Below are positions 20,360 through 29,402 of a stretch of DNA of 64,000 bases, piece by piece. Source of the DNA: Actinomycetota bacterium (GTDB lineage Bacteria > Actinomycetota > AC-67); NCBI GenBank assembly GCA_046713235.1, contig JBKKBZ010000116.1:2742-66741 (forward strand). Direction: 5' to 3'. Numbering within the stretch: position 1 is the stretch's first letter; each line of letters begins with the position of its first letter. The notes below the pieces were generated by a model. It searched no databases. It saw only the letters and a program-made list of their open reading frames with translations, and was not told where the DNA came from. A program made the translations under genes and the position numbers.

Positions 20360-21082
20360 GTGCGAGAGGCGGTCGAGACCGAGGGGCGTACGGTCGAGGA
20401 AGCCATCGACGCGGCGCTGGATCTCCTCGGAGCGACCGATGACGAGGTCGAGATCAAGGTCCTCGCCGAGGGAGGCACCTGGCGGGGCAATGAGATCGCG
20501 CCGGCGCGAGTCCGGGTCGGTTTTCGCGATGAGCTCAGTCCCCAGGAGCGAGCCGAGCGAGAAGAGCGCGTGCGGGAGGAGCCTCTAGATCCGGCGCTCG
20601 GGGAAGAGATCCGCCGACAGGCCGAGGTTTGCCGTGATTTCCTGGTGGGGCTGCTCGAAAAGATGGATATCGAGGCCGAAGTTACCGCGTCGACCGGCCG
20701 GGACGGGGTGGAGTTGGAGATCGAGGCAGACGGGGACGACGGGGCGCTGCTCATAGGCCGGCACGGCCTGACCCTCGATGCGCTCCAGCTGCTTACGCGG
20801 GCTCAATCCTCACGCAGCGGTGGGCCTCGATTGCCGATATCCCTCGAGATCGCCGGATATCGAGCGCGCAGGAGGGCTTCTCTGCACCATCAGGCCGGGC
20901 GCGCTGCGGAGCGCGCCCGTCGGACGGGACGTAGCATTGCCTTGGCCCCCATGACCCCTCTTGAGCGCAAGGTCGTCCACGAGGCGATTGCCGAGCTCGG
21001 GGGCGTGCGATCCCGCAGCGAAGGGGAAGCCCTCGATCGACATGTGGTGATCGAGTGGGACCAATCGCATTCCAACGGTTAG
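20360..21082 (+). CDS. jag: Jag/KhpB (R3H RNA-binding) protein.
   Basis: Jag_N, KH and R3H domain organisation; conserved position after yidC. Confidence 0.8.
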   Translation: MREAVETEGRTVEEAIDAALDLLGATDDEVEIKVLAEGGTWRGNEIAPARVRVGFRDELSPQERAEREERVREEPLDPALGEEIRRQAEVCRDFLVGLLEKMDIEAEVTASTGRDGVELEIEADGDDGALLIGRHGLTLDALQLLTRAQSSRSGGPRLPISLEIAGYRARRRASLHHQAGRAAERARRTGRSIALAPMTPLERKVVHEAIAELGGVRSRSEGEALDRHVVIEWDQSHSNG

Positions 21083-21095
21083 TTTCACGGGAAAC

Positions 21096-21704
21096 ATGGA
21101 CGCGTCCTCGGTTGTTGCCGGGCTGCTCCACGAGTTGAGCCTGCCCGATCAGGTGCTCTCCCTGTTGCTCGCGCACGCGCAGGCCGTGGCCCGGGAGGCG
21201 GATCGCCTGGGGCTTGTCTCGGATCGAGACGTCGAGCGGGTCCTGCTCAGGCATACGGCCGACTCCCTCCTCGTCGCCCTAGCCCGTCGCCCCGCCGCGG
21301 GAGAGCGCTGGGTGGACGTGGGATCGGGCGCGGGATTCCCGGGCTTGGTCCTTGCGGCGGCGTTCCCTGCGACCCGGTTCGTCTTGCTCGAACCGCAGCA
21401 GCGCCGCGCCGGATTCCTCGACCTGCAGATTCTCACGCTCGGCCTCACGAACGCCGAAGTGCTGCGGCAACGCCTCGAGCAGTTTCCGCGGTCCTGGGCC
21501 GACGTGATCGTCGCTCGGGCGCTCGATCGGCCCCATAGCAGTCTTCTGCTCTTGCAGGAACCTCTGGTTGATGGAGGGATGGCGTTGATTCTCGGCGGGC
21601 CGGGGACCCCGGCTCCCGCCGGCGCCACAATCGTCGACGTCGCTCGTCCTTCCGTGGAGTCTCCCGGGATGGTGTTTATGATGGCCAAGGAGCCTAGAGT
21701 ATGA
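21096..21704 (+). CDS. rsmG: 16S rRNA m7G527 methyltransferase RsmG (GidB).
   Basis: SAM-binding VDVGSGAGFPGL motif; conserved position. Confidence 0.9.
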   Translation: MDASSVVAGLLHELSLPDQVLSLLLAHAQAVAREADRLGLVSDRDVERVLLRHTADSLLVALARRPAAGERWVDVGSGAGFPGLVLAAAFPATRFVLLEPQQRRAGFLDLQILTLGLTNAEVLRQRLEQFPRSWADVIVARALDRPHSSLLLLQEPLVDGGMALILGGPGTPAPAGATIVDVARPSVESPGMVFMMAKEPRV

Positions 21705-21748
21705 TCCAGTTTTTGCCAGATAGTAAAGCCTACAAACCAGGATAACCG

Positions 21749-22615
21749 ATGGAAGATTCTGGGATTATTTTTTCATTCTGCAACCAGAAGGGCGGGGTGG
21801 GCAAGACGACCACCGCGGTCAATCTCGGCGCATGCCTTGCCGAGGTGGGCGCCAAGGTTCTTCTCGTAGACGTGGATCCTCAGGGAAACGCGTCCTCGGG
21901 GGTCGGCATCGTTCGGGATCAAGGCGCCGTCGGCACCTACGAGCTGCTGGGTGGCGCAGGCCTGGACGAGGCCGTCACGACGACGTCGGTGCCCGGTCTG
22001 GACGTGATTCCGTCGTCGATGGACCTGGCCGGAGCGGAGATCGAGCTCGTTTCGGCGCTGGCGCGCGAGTCCAAGCTGCGCGGCGCGCTGGCCCCAGCGC
22101 GGAGCCGTTACGACTACATCCTCGTAGACTCCCCGCCGTCGCTCGGCTTGCTGGCGATCAACGCGCTGGTGGCAGCCGACGCCGTAATCATCCCGATCCA
22201 GTGCGAGTACTACGCGCTGGAGGGCCTGGGACAGCTCCTGCGCACGATCGATCTCGTTCGCGAGGGATTGAACGGCGATCTCGAGATCGGGGGCGTCGTG
22301 CTCACCATGTACGACGCACGCACCAGGCTGTCGGAGCAGGTGGTGAACGATGTGCGCGCCCACCTCGGGGACGTCGTCTTTCGCATGGTCATTCCGCGTT
22401 CGGTTCGGCTGTCTGAAGCGCCGGGCTATGGAAAGCCGGTGACACTCTACGATTCGGCATCGCGAGGTGCGTTTACCTACAGGGCGCTGTGTCGTGAGCT
22501 CGTGCACCGCTGGCCACGGGGCGCCGCCGCGGCGCTGCTCGACCAGCCGGCCGCGGTCGTGAGCCTGGACGATCGAGTCGAGCGTTCGGCCGGCGTCGAG
22601 AGGAGAGCAGGGTGA
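21749..22615 (+). CDS. parA: Chromosome partitioning ATPase ParA (Soj).
   Basis: Deviant Walker A NQKGGVGKTTT. Confidence 0.92.
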   Translation: MEDSGIIFSFCNQKGGVGKTTTAVNLGACLAEVGAKVLLVDVDPQGNASSGVGIVRDQGAVGTYELLGGAGLDEAVTTTSVPGLDVIPSSMDLAGAEIELVSALARESKLRGALAPARSRYDYILVDSPPSLGLLAINALVAADAVIIPIQCEYYALEGLGQLLRTIDLVREGLNGDLEIGGVVLTMYDARTRLSEQVVNDVRAHLGDVVFRMVIPRSVRLSEAPGYGKPVTLYDSASRGAFTYRALCRELVHRWPRGAAAALLDQPAAVVSLDDRVERSAGVERRAG

Positions 22616-23475
22616 GCAGAGCAGCGGGAGGACTCGGCAGGGGGTTGTCGGCGTTGCTGCAGCCGGACTCCGGCATTGGCTATCGCGACGTGCCGGTCGG
22701 GGACATCGTCCCCAACCCTCGGCAGCCGCGTCGAACCTTTGACCCTCAAGCCGTCGATGACTTGACGGCGTCGATTCGCGCCGTCGGCGTCTTGCAGCCG
22801 GTCGTGGTACGCAGGGATGGAGAACGATTTCAGCTCGTGGTTGGTGAGCGTCGCTGGCGTGCCGCGATGAAGGCCGGCCTGGAGCGCATCCCCGCGATCG
22901 TTCGCGAGACCGACGACTTCTCGATGCTGAGCGAAGCGCTGATCGAAAATCTTCAGCGGGAGGACCTCAATCCACTCGAGGAGGCGGCGGCCTTTCGCGC
23001 GCTGATCGAGGACGGGGGACTGACTCACGACGACGTTGCGAACCGGGTGGGTAGAAGCCGGGCCGCGGTGACGAACGCGCTCCGGCTGCTCGGCTTGGCG
23101 CCGGGCGTCCAGGAGCGCCTCGCTTCCGGGGCGCTCTCGGCGGCACACGGCCGGGCGATTGCCGCGCTCGCGGATGCCGCAACGCAGGAGCGAGCGGCTA
23201 CCCGCGTTCTGGCTGAAGGGCTAAGCGTGAGGGCAGCCGAGGAACTCGTCCGGCGGCTCGCGGCGTCCGGAGAACGGCTGGCGGAACGCGCGGCAAAGAC
23301 CCGACGCGCGCCGCCGGAGAGGCCGCCGGGAATCCTGGAAGTGGAGCGCCGGCTGTCGGATATGCTGGATACGCGCGTACGCATCCGCACAACGGGCCGG
23401 CGCGGGAGCATCGAGGTCGAGTTCGCCGACCTCGAGGACCTCGAGCGGATCTGGCGCGCGATCGCCCCCAAATAG
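22612..23475 (+). CDS. parB: Chromosome partitioning protein ParB (Spo0J).
   Basis: ParB box GERRWRAA; HTH. GTG start overlaps the parA stop. Confidence 0.92.
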   Translation: MSRAAGGLGRGLSALLQPDSGIGYRDVPVGDIVPNPRQPRRTFDPQAVDDLTASIRAVGVLQPVVVRRDGERFQLVVGERRWRAAMKAGLERIPAIVRETDDFSMLSEALIENLQREDLNPLEEAAAFRALIEDGGLTHDDVANRVGRSRAAVTNALRLLGLAPGVQERLASGALSAAHGRAIAALADAATQERAATRVLAEGLSVRAAEELVRRLAASGERLAERAAKTRRAPPERPPGILEVERRLSDMLDTRVRIRTTGRRGSIEVEFADLEDLERIWRAIAPK

Positions 23476-23499
23476 CGACCGTACACACAGGAGCGTCCG

Positions 23500-24669
23500 G
23501 TGGAGTTCCGCCGCATCGATCGCCTGCCGCCCTACGTTTTCAACGTCGTCAACGAGCTGAAGGCCCTGGCCCGGCGAGAAGGAGACGACGTCGTCGACCT
23601 CGGCATGGGGAATCCTGATCTCGCGACCCCTGCTCGCGTCGTCGAGAAGCTCGTCGAGGCGGCGCAAAACTCGCGCAATCACCGCTACTCGACGAGCCGG
23701 GGCATCCCCAAACTCCGATCGGCGATTTGCGATTGGTACCGGCGCCGCTACGGGGTCCGGCTTGATCCGGAAACGGAGGTTACCTCGACGATCGGGGCCA
23801 AAGAGGGTCTGAGCCATCTGGCCTGGGCGCTGGTCGAACCCGGAGACACCTGCCTCGTTCCGGAACCGACTTACCCCATCCACACGTTCTCGCTGGCCCT
23901 GGCCGGAGCACAGGTGCGCTCCGTACCTCTCGGGCCGGAGGAGGATGTCTTCGCGAATCTTCTGGCGGCATATGAGAGCACTTGGCCGCGTCCCCGCGTT
24001 GTGCTCACGAGTTTTCCGCACAACCCGACCACGGCGTGCGTCGACCGAACGTTCTTCGAGCGGCTCGTGCAGTTCGCGCACGAGCGTAACCTGATGGTGA
24101 TTCACGATTTCGCCTACGCGGACTTGTGCTTCGACGGCTACCACGCGCCGAGCTTTCTCGAAGTTCCCGGTGCCATCGACGTCGGCGTCGAGGTGTTTTC
24201 GTTGTCGAAATCCTTCTCGATGCCCGGCTGGCGCATTGCCTTCGTGGTGGGCAACCGGGAGATGGTCGGCGCGTTGACGCGCCTGAAGTCCTATCTCGAC
24301 TACGGCGTGTTCCAGCCGATTCAGATCGCGGCGATCATCGCGCTCAATGAGTGCGAGGACGAGACCAAGGTCTTCAACGACATCTACCGCTCACGGCGCG
24401 ACGCGCTCATCGAGGGGCTGGCTCGCGCCGGCTGGGAGGTGCCCTCGCCGAAAGCGACGATGTTCGTCTGGGCGGCCATTCCCAACGAGCACAGAGAGAA
24501 GGGGTCTCTGGAGTTCGCGAAGATGCTCCTGGCCGAAGCCAAGGTGGCCGTCGCGCCGGGGATCGGGTTCGGCCGGGCCGGCGACGGCTTCGTGCGATTC
24601 GCGCTCGTGGAGAACGAGCATCGCATTCGGCAAGCCGCTCGCGGCATCAAGCGTGCCCTGGGAGGTTGA
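23500..24669 (+). CDS. PLP-dependent aminotransferase class I (alanine/aspartate aminotransferase-like).
   Basis: 389 aa; [17 protein letters not shown]-lysine motif; GMGNPD at the N-terminus. Confidence 0.85.
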   Translation: MEFRRIDRLPPYVFNVVNELKALARREGDDVVDLGMGNPDLATPARVVEKLVEAAQNSRNHRYSTSRGIPKLRSAICDWYRRRYGVRLDPETEVTSTIGAKEGLSHLAWALVEPGDTCLVPEPTYPIHTFSLALAGAQVRSVPLGPEEDVFANLLAAYESTWPRPRVVLTSFPHNPTTACVDRTFFERLVQFAHERNLMVIHDFAYADLCFDGYHAPSFLEVPGAIDVGVEVFSLSKSFSMPGWRIAFVVGNREMVGALTRLKSYLDYGVFQPIQIAAIIALNECEDETKVFNDIYRSRRDALIEGLARAGWEVPSPKATMFVWAAIPNEHREKGSLEFAKMLLAEAKVAVAPGIGFGRAGDGFVRFALVENEHRIRQAARGIKRALGG

Positions 24670-24676
24670 TGAGGAC

Positions 24677-24814
24677 GTGACGGAAGACGTTCGGAGTCGT
24701 GGGATCGCCGAAGGCAGCGAGGTGCGGCGCGCCACGATCGCGGTCGCGCTCGGCGCCGCCGTCGGCGTCGTACTCGGATTCCTGCTACGGAGAGACGACC
24801 GCGAGGAGCACTGA
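24677..24814 (+). CDS. Possible 45-aa single-TM micro-protein VTEDVRSRGIAEGSEVRRATIAVALGAAVGVVLGFLLRRDDREEH.
   Basis: GTG start 8 nt after the aminotransferase stop. Its TGA stop overlaps the ATG of the downstream GNAT gene (TGATG), suggesting translational coupling. Speculative. Confidence 0.3.
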   Translation: MTEDVRSRGIAEGSEVRRATIAVALGAAVGVVLGFLLRRDDREEH

Positions 24815-25440
24815 TGGGCCGGCGGATCCAGGACTTGGCGCTCGGGACACTGGACCAGTTGCCGCTCAGGTGCCGGGGATGCGTTTTCTGGGAGCTCTCG
24901 CCACTGGAGCGGGCCCTTGCGATGGAGCACGATCCCGAATTCGAAAAGGAGGCCTGGGTTTCCTCGGTCTCCCTGGAGTCCGGGAACTGCGGAAAGACGG
25001 CCTACGTCGACGGCCGGCCGGCCGGCTACGCGCTTGCGGGACTCCCGGAGGACTTTCCACGCGCCGACTTCTTTCCCGCGAAGGTGTCGAAGGACGCGTA
25101 TCTGCTCGCCACGCTTTACGTCATCCCGGAGTTCGCCGGACGGGGTATCGGCAAAGCAATGATCCAGGCGGTGTTGAGGGACGCAAAGGAGCGCGGGAAG
25201 CGAGCGCTCGAGTGCTTTGCAGACCGCCGTTGGGCCGGCCCCGATTGCATGATCCCGGCCGAGTTCTGCGAGGCGGTGGGCTTCAAGATCAAGCGTGACC
25301 ACATGCGGTTTCCGTTAATGCGGATCGATGTGCGTTCGCTGGCCAAGGTCGCCGAAACCATGGAGGCGGCGGTGGAGGCTTTCCTAGAGGCCGTTCGGGT
25401 GACAGAGCCTGCCACCCGTCCCGCAGGCATGCGGCCCTAG
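24814..25440 (+). CDS. GNAT-family N-acetyltransferase.
   Basis: Acetyl-CoA motif RGIGKAMIQAVLRDAKERG. GAGGAG SD. Confidence 0.7.
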   Translation: MGRRIQDLALGTLDQLPLRCRGCVFWELSPLERALAMEHDPEFEKEAWVSSVSLESGNCGKTAYVDGRPAGYALAGLPEDFPRADFFPAKVSKDAYLLATLYVIPEFAGRGIGKAMIQAVLRDAKERGKRALECFADRRWAGPDCMIPAEFCEAVGFKIKRDHMRFPLMRIDVRSLAKVAETMEAAVEAFLEAVRVTEPATRPAGMRP

Positions 25441-25448
25441 CGCGTTTG

Positions 25449-26522
25449 CTAGGCAGGGACGGCGGACGAAGCGAATCGCCCGACGGCCTCCGCCAGCGCG
25501 CCGGCAAGCATGCGGCGGAACCTATCGTCGGCGAGTAGCGCCTCATCGGCCGGGCTCGTCAGGTAAGCGGGCTCGAGGTGAACCGCCGGCATGCGAGTCT
25601 CTCGCAAAATCGGCCACGTCTTGGCGTGCGTCCGGCCGTCGGTGAGGCCGAGCCCACACACGGCCGATTGGCAGAGATCGGCGAGTCTGGCTCCTACCTG
25701 AGACTCGAATCGCTCGTGTCCGTAGTAGAAGGTTGCCGATCCGCTCGCCGCCGAATCGGTGTGTGCCGCGGTGTGGATCGAAAGAAAGATGTCGGCGGAA
25801 AGGCGATTGGCAAGATGTGCCCGTTCCCGGTCGGTTGGGTTCGCCATGTCGTCACGCGTCAGGAACACCGATGCCCCGGAAACCGCGAGGCGTTCCTCGA
25901 GATGCCGGGCGACGGCATACACGCAGTCGGCTTCTGCCAGGCCGTCCGGACCCACATCTCCGCGGTCGGGACCGCCATGTCCCGGGTCGATCACTACGAC
26001 CAGCCCGGGCGTGCCGGCAAGACGGCGAAAGGACTCGCGCTCACGAATCGGCCCCACCTGAGGAACGGTTGGGTGAGCGAGATGGGGAAGGCCGGCCAGC
26101 GCGCGAACCGTCGATTCCCCGACGATCGCGTCGGGGGGGAGTCCGTAATTCTCCTGAAACTCGCGCAACGCAAGCGCGGTTCGGGGCCCGAGAATGCCGT
26201 CGACCCTGCCGGCGTCGAATCCGAGCGCGCTCAACCGCTCCTGAAGCTCCCGCACGTCGTCGCCGCGGATCTGTGGGGAACGCAGATACAGCGTGCGATC
26301 GCCCAGCCGCCAGGAGGCCTCCACTAGCTCGCGCCAGGTATCGGGACCGACGAGACCGTCTACGAGAAGACCTCGCGCTTGCTGGAAAGAGCTGACGGCT
26401 TGAGCCGTTCCGGAACCGAACGCCCGGCTCCCCTCGTCCTCGCCTACCGAATGGCCGAGAGCGATCAGCCGCTGCTGGATGTCGCGGACTGCTCGTCCTC
26501 GGGCTCCCGGTCCGATGACCAT
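25449..26522 (-). CDS. cwlM: CwlM-like N-acetylmuramoyl-L-alanine amidase (two PG-binding repeats plus an Amidase_3 domain).
   Basis: Two peptidoglycan-binding LxxxGxxxGxxDGxxGxxT repeats, then a zinc amidase domain (VVIDPGHGG...E...H). ATG at 26522 preceded by GGGAAGGA. Mycobacterial cwlM-trx synteny. Confidence 0.85.
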   Translation of the reverse strand: MVIGPGARGRAVRDIQQRLIALGHSVGEDEGSRAFGSGTAQAVSSFQQARGLLVDGLVGPDTWRELVEASWRLGDRTLYLRSPQIRGDDVRELQERLSALGFDAGRVDGILGPRTALALREFQENYGLPPDAIVGESTVRALAGLPHLAHPTVPQVGPIRERESFRRLAGTPGLVVVIDPGHGGPDRGDVGPDGLAEADCVYAVARHLEERLAVSGASVFLTRDDMANPTDRERAHLANRLSADIFLSIHTAAHTDSAASGSATFYYGHERFESQVGARLADLCQSAVCGLGLTDGRTHAKTWPILRETRMPAVHLEPAYLTSPADEALLADDRFRRMLAGALAEAVGRFASSAVPA

Positions 26523-26734
26523 GGCGCTATCCTTCCCCAATCGTCCCCTCGAAGCGAACTCCTGGAGTGGGCAGATCTCTGCTGTGGGGGTCTCGTCGTT
26601 GAGAGCACCGGCCGGGTTCGAATCCGTTCACCTCCACAACCGCTTCTGGCCTGCGCGTTTGAGAAATGCACCCCACCGGTTCGCGAACCGGCGCGCCTCG
26701 AGATCGGTTGCCGCGACTTGTGGGCTGGGCAGGG

Positions 26735-26950
26735 CTACCGAGCGTAGATGGCGGGCCGATAACGGGGGCGCGGAATCGGTCGCCCTTCCTCACGGGCTGC
26801 CGCGAGCCACGCTTCCTTCGCGCGGTTGACTTCCGCGACCGCCTCCTCGGGAGTCTTGCCGAAGGCGGAGCACGCCTCAAGGTCGGGGATGTCGGCGATG
26901 TAGCCGCCGTCCTCCTCGCTGTAGAAAACGTTGATGTGGTAGTCGCTCAC
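26735..26950 (-). CDS. hicB: HicB-family antitoxin-like protein (UPF0150/COG1598; short form lacking a DNA-binding domain).
   Basis: YHINVFYSEEDGGYIADIPDL...GKTPEEAVAEVNRAKEAWL matches the HicB N-domain. GTG start overlaps the hicA stop (GTGA), with GGGAGGA SD. Confidence 0.65.
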   Translation of the reverse strand: MSDYHINVFYSEEDGGYIADIPDLEACSAFGKTPEEAVAEVNRAKEAWLAAAREEGRPIPRPRYRPAIYAR

Positions 26951-27279
26951 CGGTCCTCCCTGAGCTTCAAAGCATACCGTTCAACGAGCTTCATGAGCTG
27001 ACGGACCTGGTAGGGCTTCGCCTGACCGCTCACCTCTTGGAGGTTGACGAGCTCCGAGAGGTCCGGATGGCCGTAGATGTGATGACTCCCTGAGACCCGC
27101 TTTCGCTCGAACCCAAAGGCCTCCACGAGCCGGGCAAGATCATCGAACGAGACGTTCTTCACCGATCCTCGGGCTACGCGGCGAAGGAGCTTGCGAGGAT
27201 CCACGAGAACCACCCTATCGGGGACCGCCGTCACAATACCGAGGTCGCCGTTCGTGTGGACCGCGACCGCTGAGTCCAT
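26947..27279 (-). CDS. hicA: HicA-family (YcfA-like) mRNA interferase toxin-like protein.
   Basis: FDDLARLVEAFGFERKRVSGSHHIYGHPD...GQAKPYQVRQLMKLV fits PF07927. The true start may be an internal GTG. Confidence 0.6.
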   Translation of the reverse strand: MDSAVAVHTNGDLGIVTAVPDRVVLVDPRKLLRRVARGSVKNVSFDDLARLVEAFGFERKRVSGSHHIYGHPDLSELVNLQEVSGQAKPYQVRQLMKLVERYALKLREDR

Positions 27280-27484
27280 CTTGGAGAAGGTCGCGCGGGG
27301 TCGCGTGGCCCTCGCACAAACCGCCGGTTAAACATGAGACACCACACTAGGGAAGCCCCGAGTTCAGCCCGCCCTCCCGCGCCGAGGGGAGCGTTGCGGA
27401 CGCCCCGTAGCCCGGCAACGGGCTCAACTCGCGTGGATCGGTCGGGATTGTTGTGGCACTCGACCAACTGGTCGGCCACCTCGG

Positions 27485-27814
27485 TTAGGTGATGAATTCC
27501 TGGAGTTCGCCGAGGATCTGGGCCTTGCCTCGGGCGCCGACCACGCGGCGCTTTTCGACCCCATCCACGAAGAGCAGCATGGAGGGGATCGACATGATCC
27601 CGTAGCGCATCGAGGTTTGGGGGTTTGAGTCCACGTCGAGCTTGACGATGGTCAGGTTCCCCTGCTTTTCCTGGGCGATTTCCTCAAGGACCGGGGCCAC
27701 CATATGGCATGGCCCGCACCAGTCCGCCCAGAAGTCGACGAGGACGGGCGTACCGGCCTTGAGAACCTTCTCCTCGAAATCCGAATCGGTGACTTGGATG
27801 ATTGGGCCGCTCAT
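27485..27814 (-). CDS. trxA: Thioredoxin.
   Basis: WADWCGPCH active site; 109 aa. Confidence 0.9.
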   Translation of the reverse strand: MSGPIIQVTDSDFEEKVLKAGTPVLVDFWADWCGPCHMVAPVLEEIAQEKQGNLTIVKLDVDSNPQTSMRYGIMSIPSMLLFVDGVEKRRVVGARGKAQILGELQEFIT

Positions 27815-27902
27815 GGTGGGAATCCTCCGTGTCGATGGTCGTCAGAGTCTAATACCGAGCCTCGACGCCCGAAACGTCGTCCCGGCTCCGCCTATTCCCG
27901 GC

Positions 27903-29036
27903 TCAGATCGCTTGCCCGTGCGCCTCGATGCGCCCGAGGTCCAGCTCCACACCGAGCCCCGGCTTGGCCGGAAGAGCTATCGTTCCGTCTGCGTCTACTC
28001 GAAACGGTTCGGCGAGCATCGCGTCGCGCCCTTCGGGGACCCATCCCGGCGGGTCGTAGGGGAACTCTATGAGCGCGCCGTTCGTCGCGGCGAGCACATG
28101 AAGATTCGCGGCGAAACCGAGCCCGTTGGACCAGGCGTGCGGCATGAATCCGATGCCGAACTGCTCGGCCGTACGTGCTAGGGACAGCGCCCCGGCAATG
28201 CCACCGCTGACCGTCGCGTCCGGCTGGATGATGTCGACCGCGCGGCGCTCAATCAGCTCCCGCACCGGCCAGATGTCCCCGGCAAACTCCCCCCCGGCGA
28301 TGGGGGTGGTCGTCTGGTCGCGCAGGCGACGGTAGCCTTCGAAATCGAACTGATCCAGCGGTTCCTCCAGCCAGGCGACCCCGTACTCCTCGTACGCGCG
28401 AGCGGTCGCGAGGGCCCGTTTGAAATCCCACCGCGGTCCCTGTGCGAAGACGTCGACGCGCCATCCCTGGTTGGCGTCGGCGGCGACGCCGAACTCGTCG
28501 CCGACCGCTTCTCGGACGGTGCGCACCTCGTCGACGTCCTCACGCATGGACTCGTGGCGCGGCCGGAGCTTCACGCAGCGAAAGCCGGCCTCCCGGGCGG
28601 CCAGCGCGTCGTCGGCTCGCCGCTTGGCCTCCCGCATCTCCCCGAACGACGCGTACGCCGGGACCCGGTCGCGTGTACCGCCGAGGTAGCGATACAACGG
28701 CAAGCCGGCCGCTTTCGCGGCGAGGTCGTAGAGCGCCGTCTCGATGAACCACACGCGCAGGCCCAGCGCGCGAACGGCGGCCTCGAGGATAGGACGCAGC
28801 TCCGCGGGTCGCGATGGGTCGCGCCCGATGAGGAAGGCGCGCATGAGATTCACCGGACCACGCGGCTCGTCGGCGAACGCCACCCACCCCGCGTAGCCCT
28901 CGAGGCCATCGTCGGTGACCAGGCGATAGACCACGCATGAGTTGTTGGGATTGGCGAGGCCGGGGATCCACGCCGGCGAGAAAGGCGCCGGAAGCGGGAA
29001 ATGGCATATCCATGCGTCGATGCGGTCGATCTTCAT
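27903..29036 (-). CDS. Enolase-superfamily enzyme (mandelate racemase / muconate lactonizing enzyme family).
   Basis: 377 aa. Contains the MR/MLE metal-ligand Asp/Glu pattern (DANQGW..., EEP, D at about 240) and KxK. Lies between trxA and trxB. Confidence 0.85.
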   Translation of the reverse strand: MKIDRIDAWICHFPLPAPFSPAWIPGLANPNNSCVVYRLVTDDGLEGYAGWVAFADEPRGPVNLMRAFLIGRDPSRPAELRPILEAAVRALGLRVWFIETALYDLAAKAAGLPLYRYLGGTRDRVPAYASFGEMREAKRRADDALAAREAGFRCVKLRPRHESMREDVDEVRTVREAVGDEFGVAADANQGWRVDVFAQGPRWDFKRALATARAYEEYGVAWLEEPLDQFDFEGYRRLRDQTTTPIAGGEFAGDIWPVRELIERRAVDIIQPDATVSGGIAGALSLARTAEQFGIGFMPHAWSNGLGFAANLHVLAATNGALIEFPYDPPGWVPEGRDAMLAEPFRVDADGTIALPAKPGLGVELDLGRIEAHGQAI

Positions 29037-29120
29037 CGGCGTCCCCCTGGTCGGTCGGCGTGGCTATCCTCGCACAGGGCCCGAACCGTGCGTCAAGCTG
29101 CTGAGGTAGGATGCGCTTTC

Positions 29121-29402
29121 GTGCCCCGCTATCTTCGTTGGATTGCCGCGGCGACGAGTGCCGTGATGGTGCAGTTCGCGTTCTTCGTAGGCGTCGGCGC
29201 GGTAGCGGTTGGAACCGGGAACAAGGAGCTGTCGGGAGGGATCGGGCTGTTGGTTACGCTCGGCTCGACGCTGGTGCCCGTTCTCGTGGCGCTTGCAGTC
29301 AACGATTGGCTTGCCCGCCGCTACCCGGCCACGGCGCAAGAGTCTTCTGAAACCGGGGCGGCCGGGCGACTCGCGCCGGTCGAGCCGTCAGTGCCCGAGT
29401 GA
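29121..29402 (+). CDS. Possible small two-TM membrane protein.
   Basis: GTG-initiated frame with two hydrophobic helices (IAAATSAVMVQFAFFVGVGAVAV and GIGLLVTLGSTLVPVLVALAV). It overlaps the trxB 3' end convergently by 15 nt. No homolog recognised. Confidence 0.3.
   Translation: MPRYLRWIAAATSAVMVQFAFFVGVGAVAVGTGNKELSGGIGLLVTLGSTLVPVLVALAVNDWLARRYPATAQESSETGAAGRLAPVEPSVPE

Noticed and set aside
26575-26645. Attempt to fold a complete tRNA around the GGTTCGAATCC motif.
   Set aside because: No D-arm or anticodon arm could be formed and the T-stem is mismatched. Kept only as a tRNA-like remnant finding.
27455-27468. Inverted repeat CGACCA-ac-TGGTCG downstream of trxA / upstream of hicA.
   Set aside because: Short (6-bp stem). 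It could be a trxA terminator or a HicB operator, but it is too weak to call either way.
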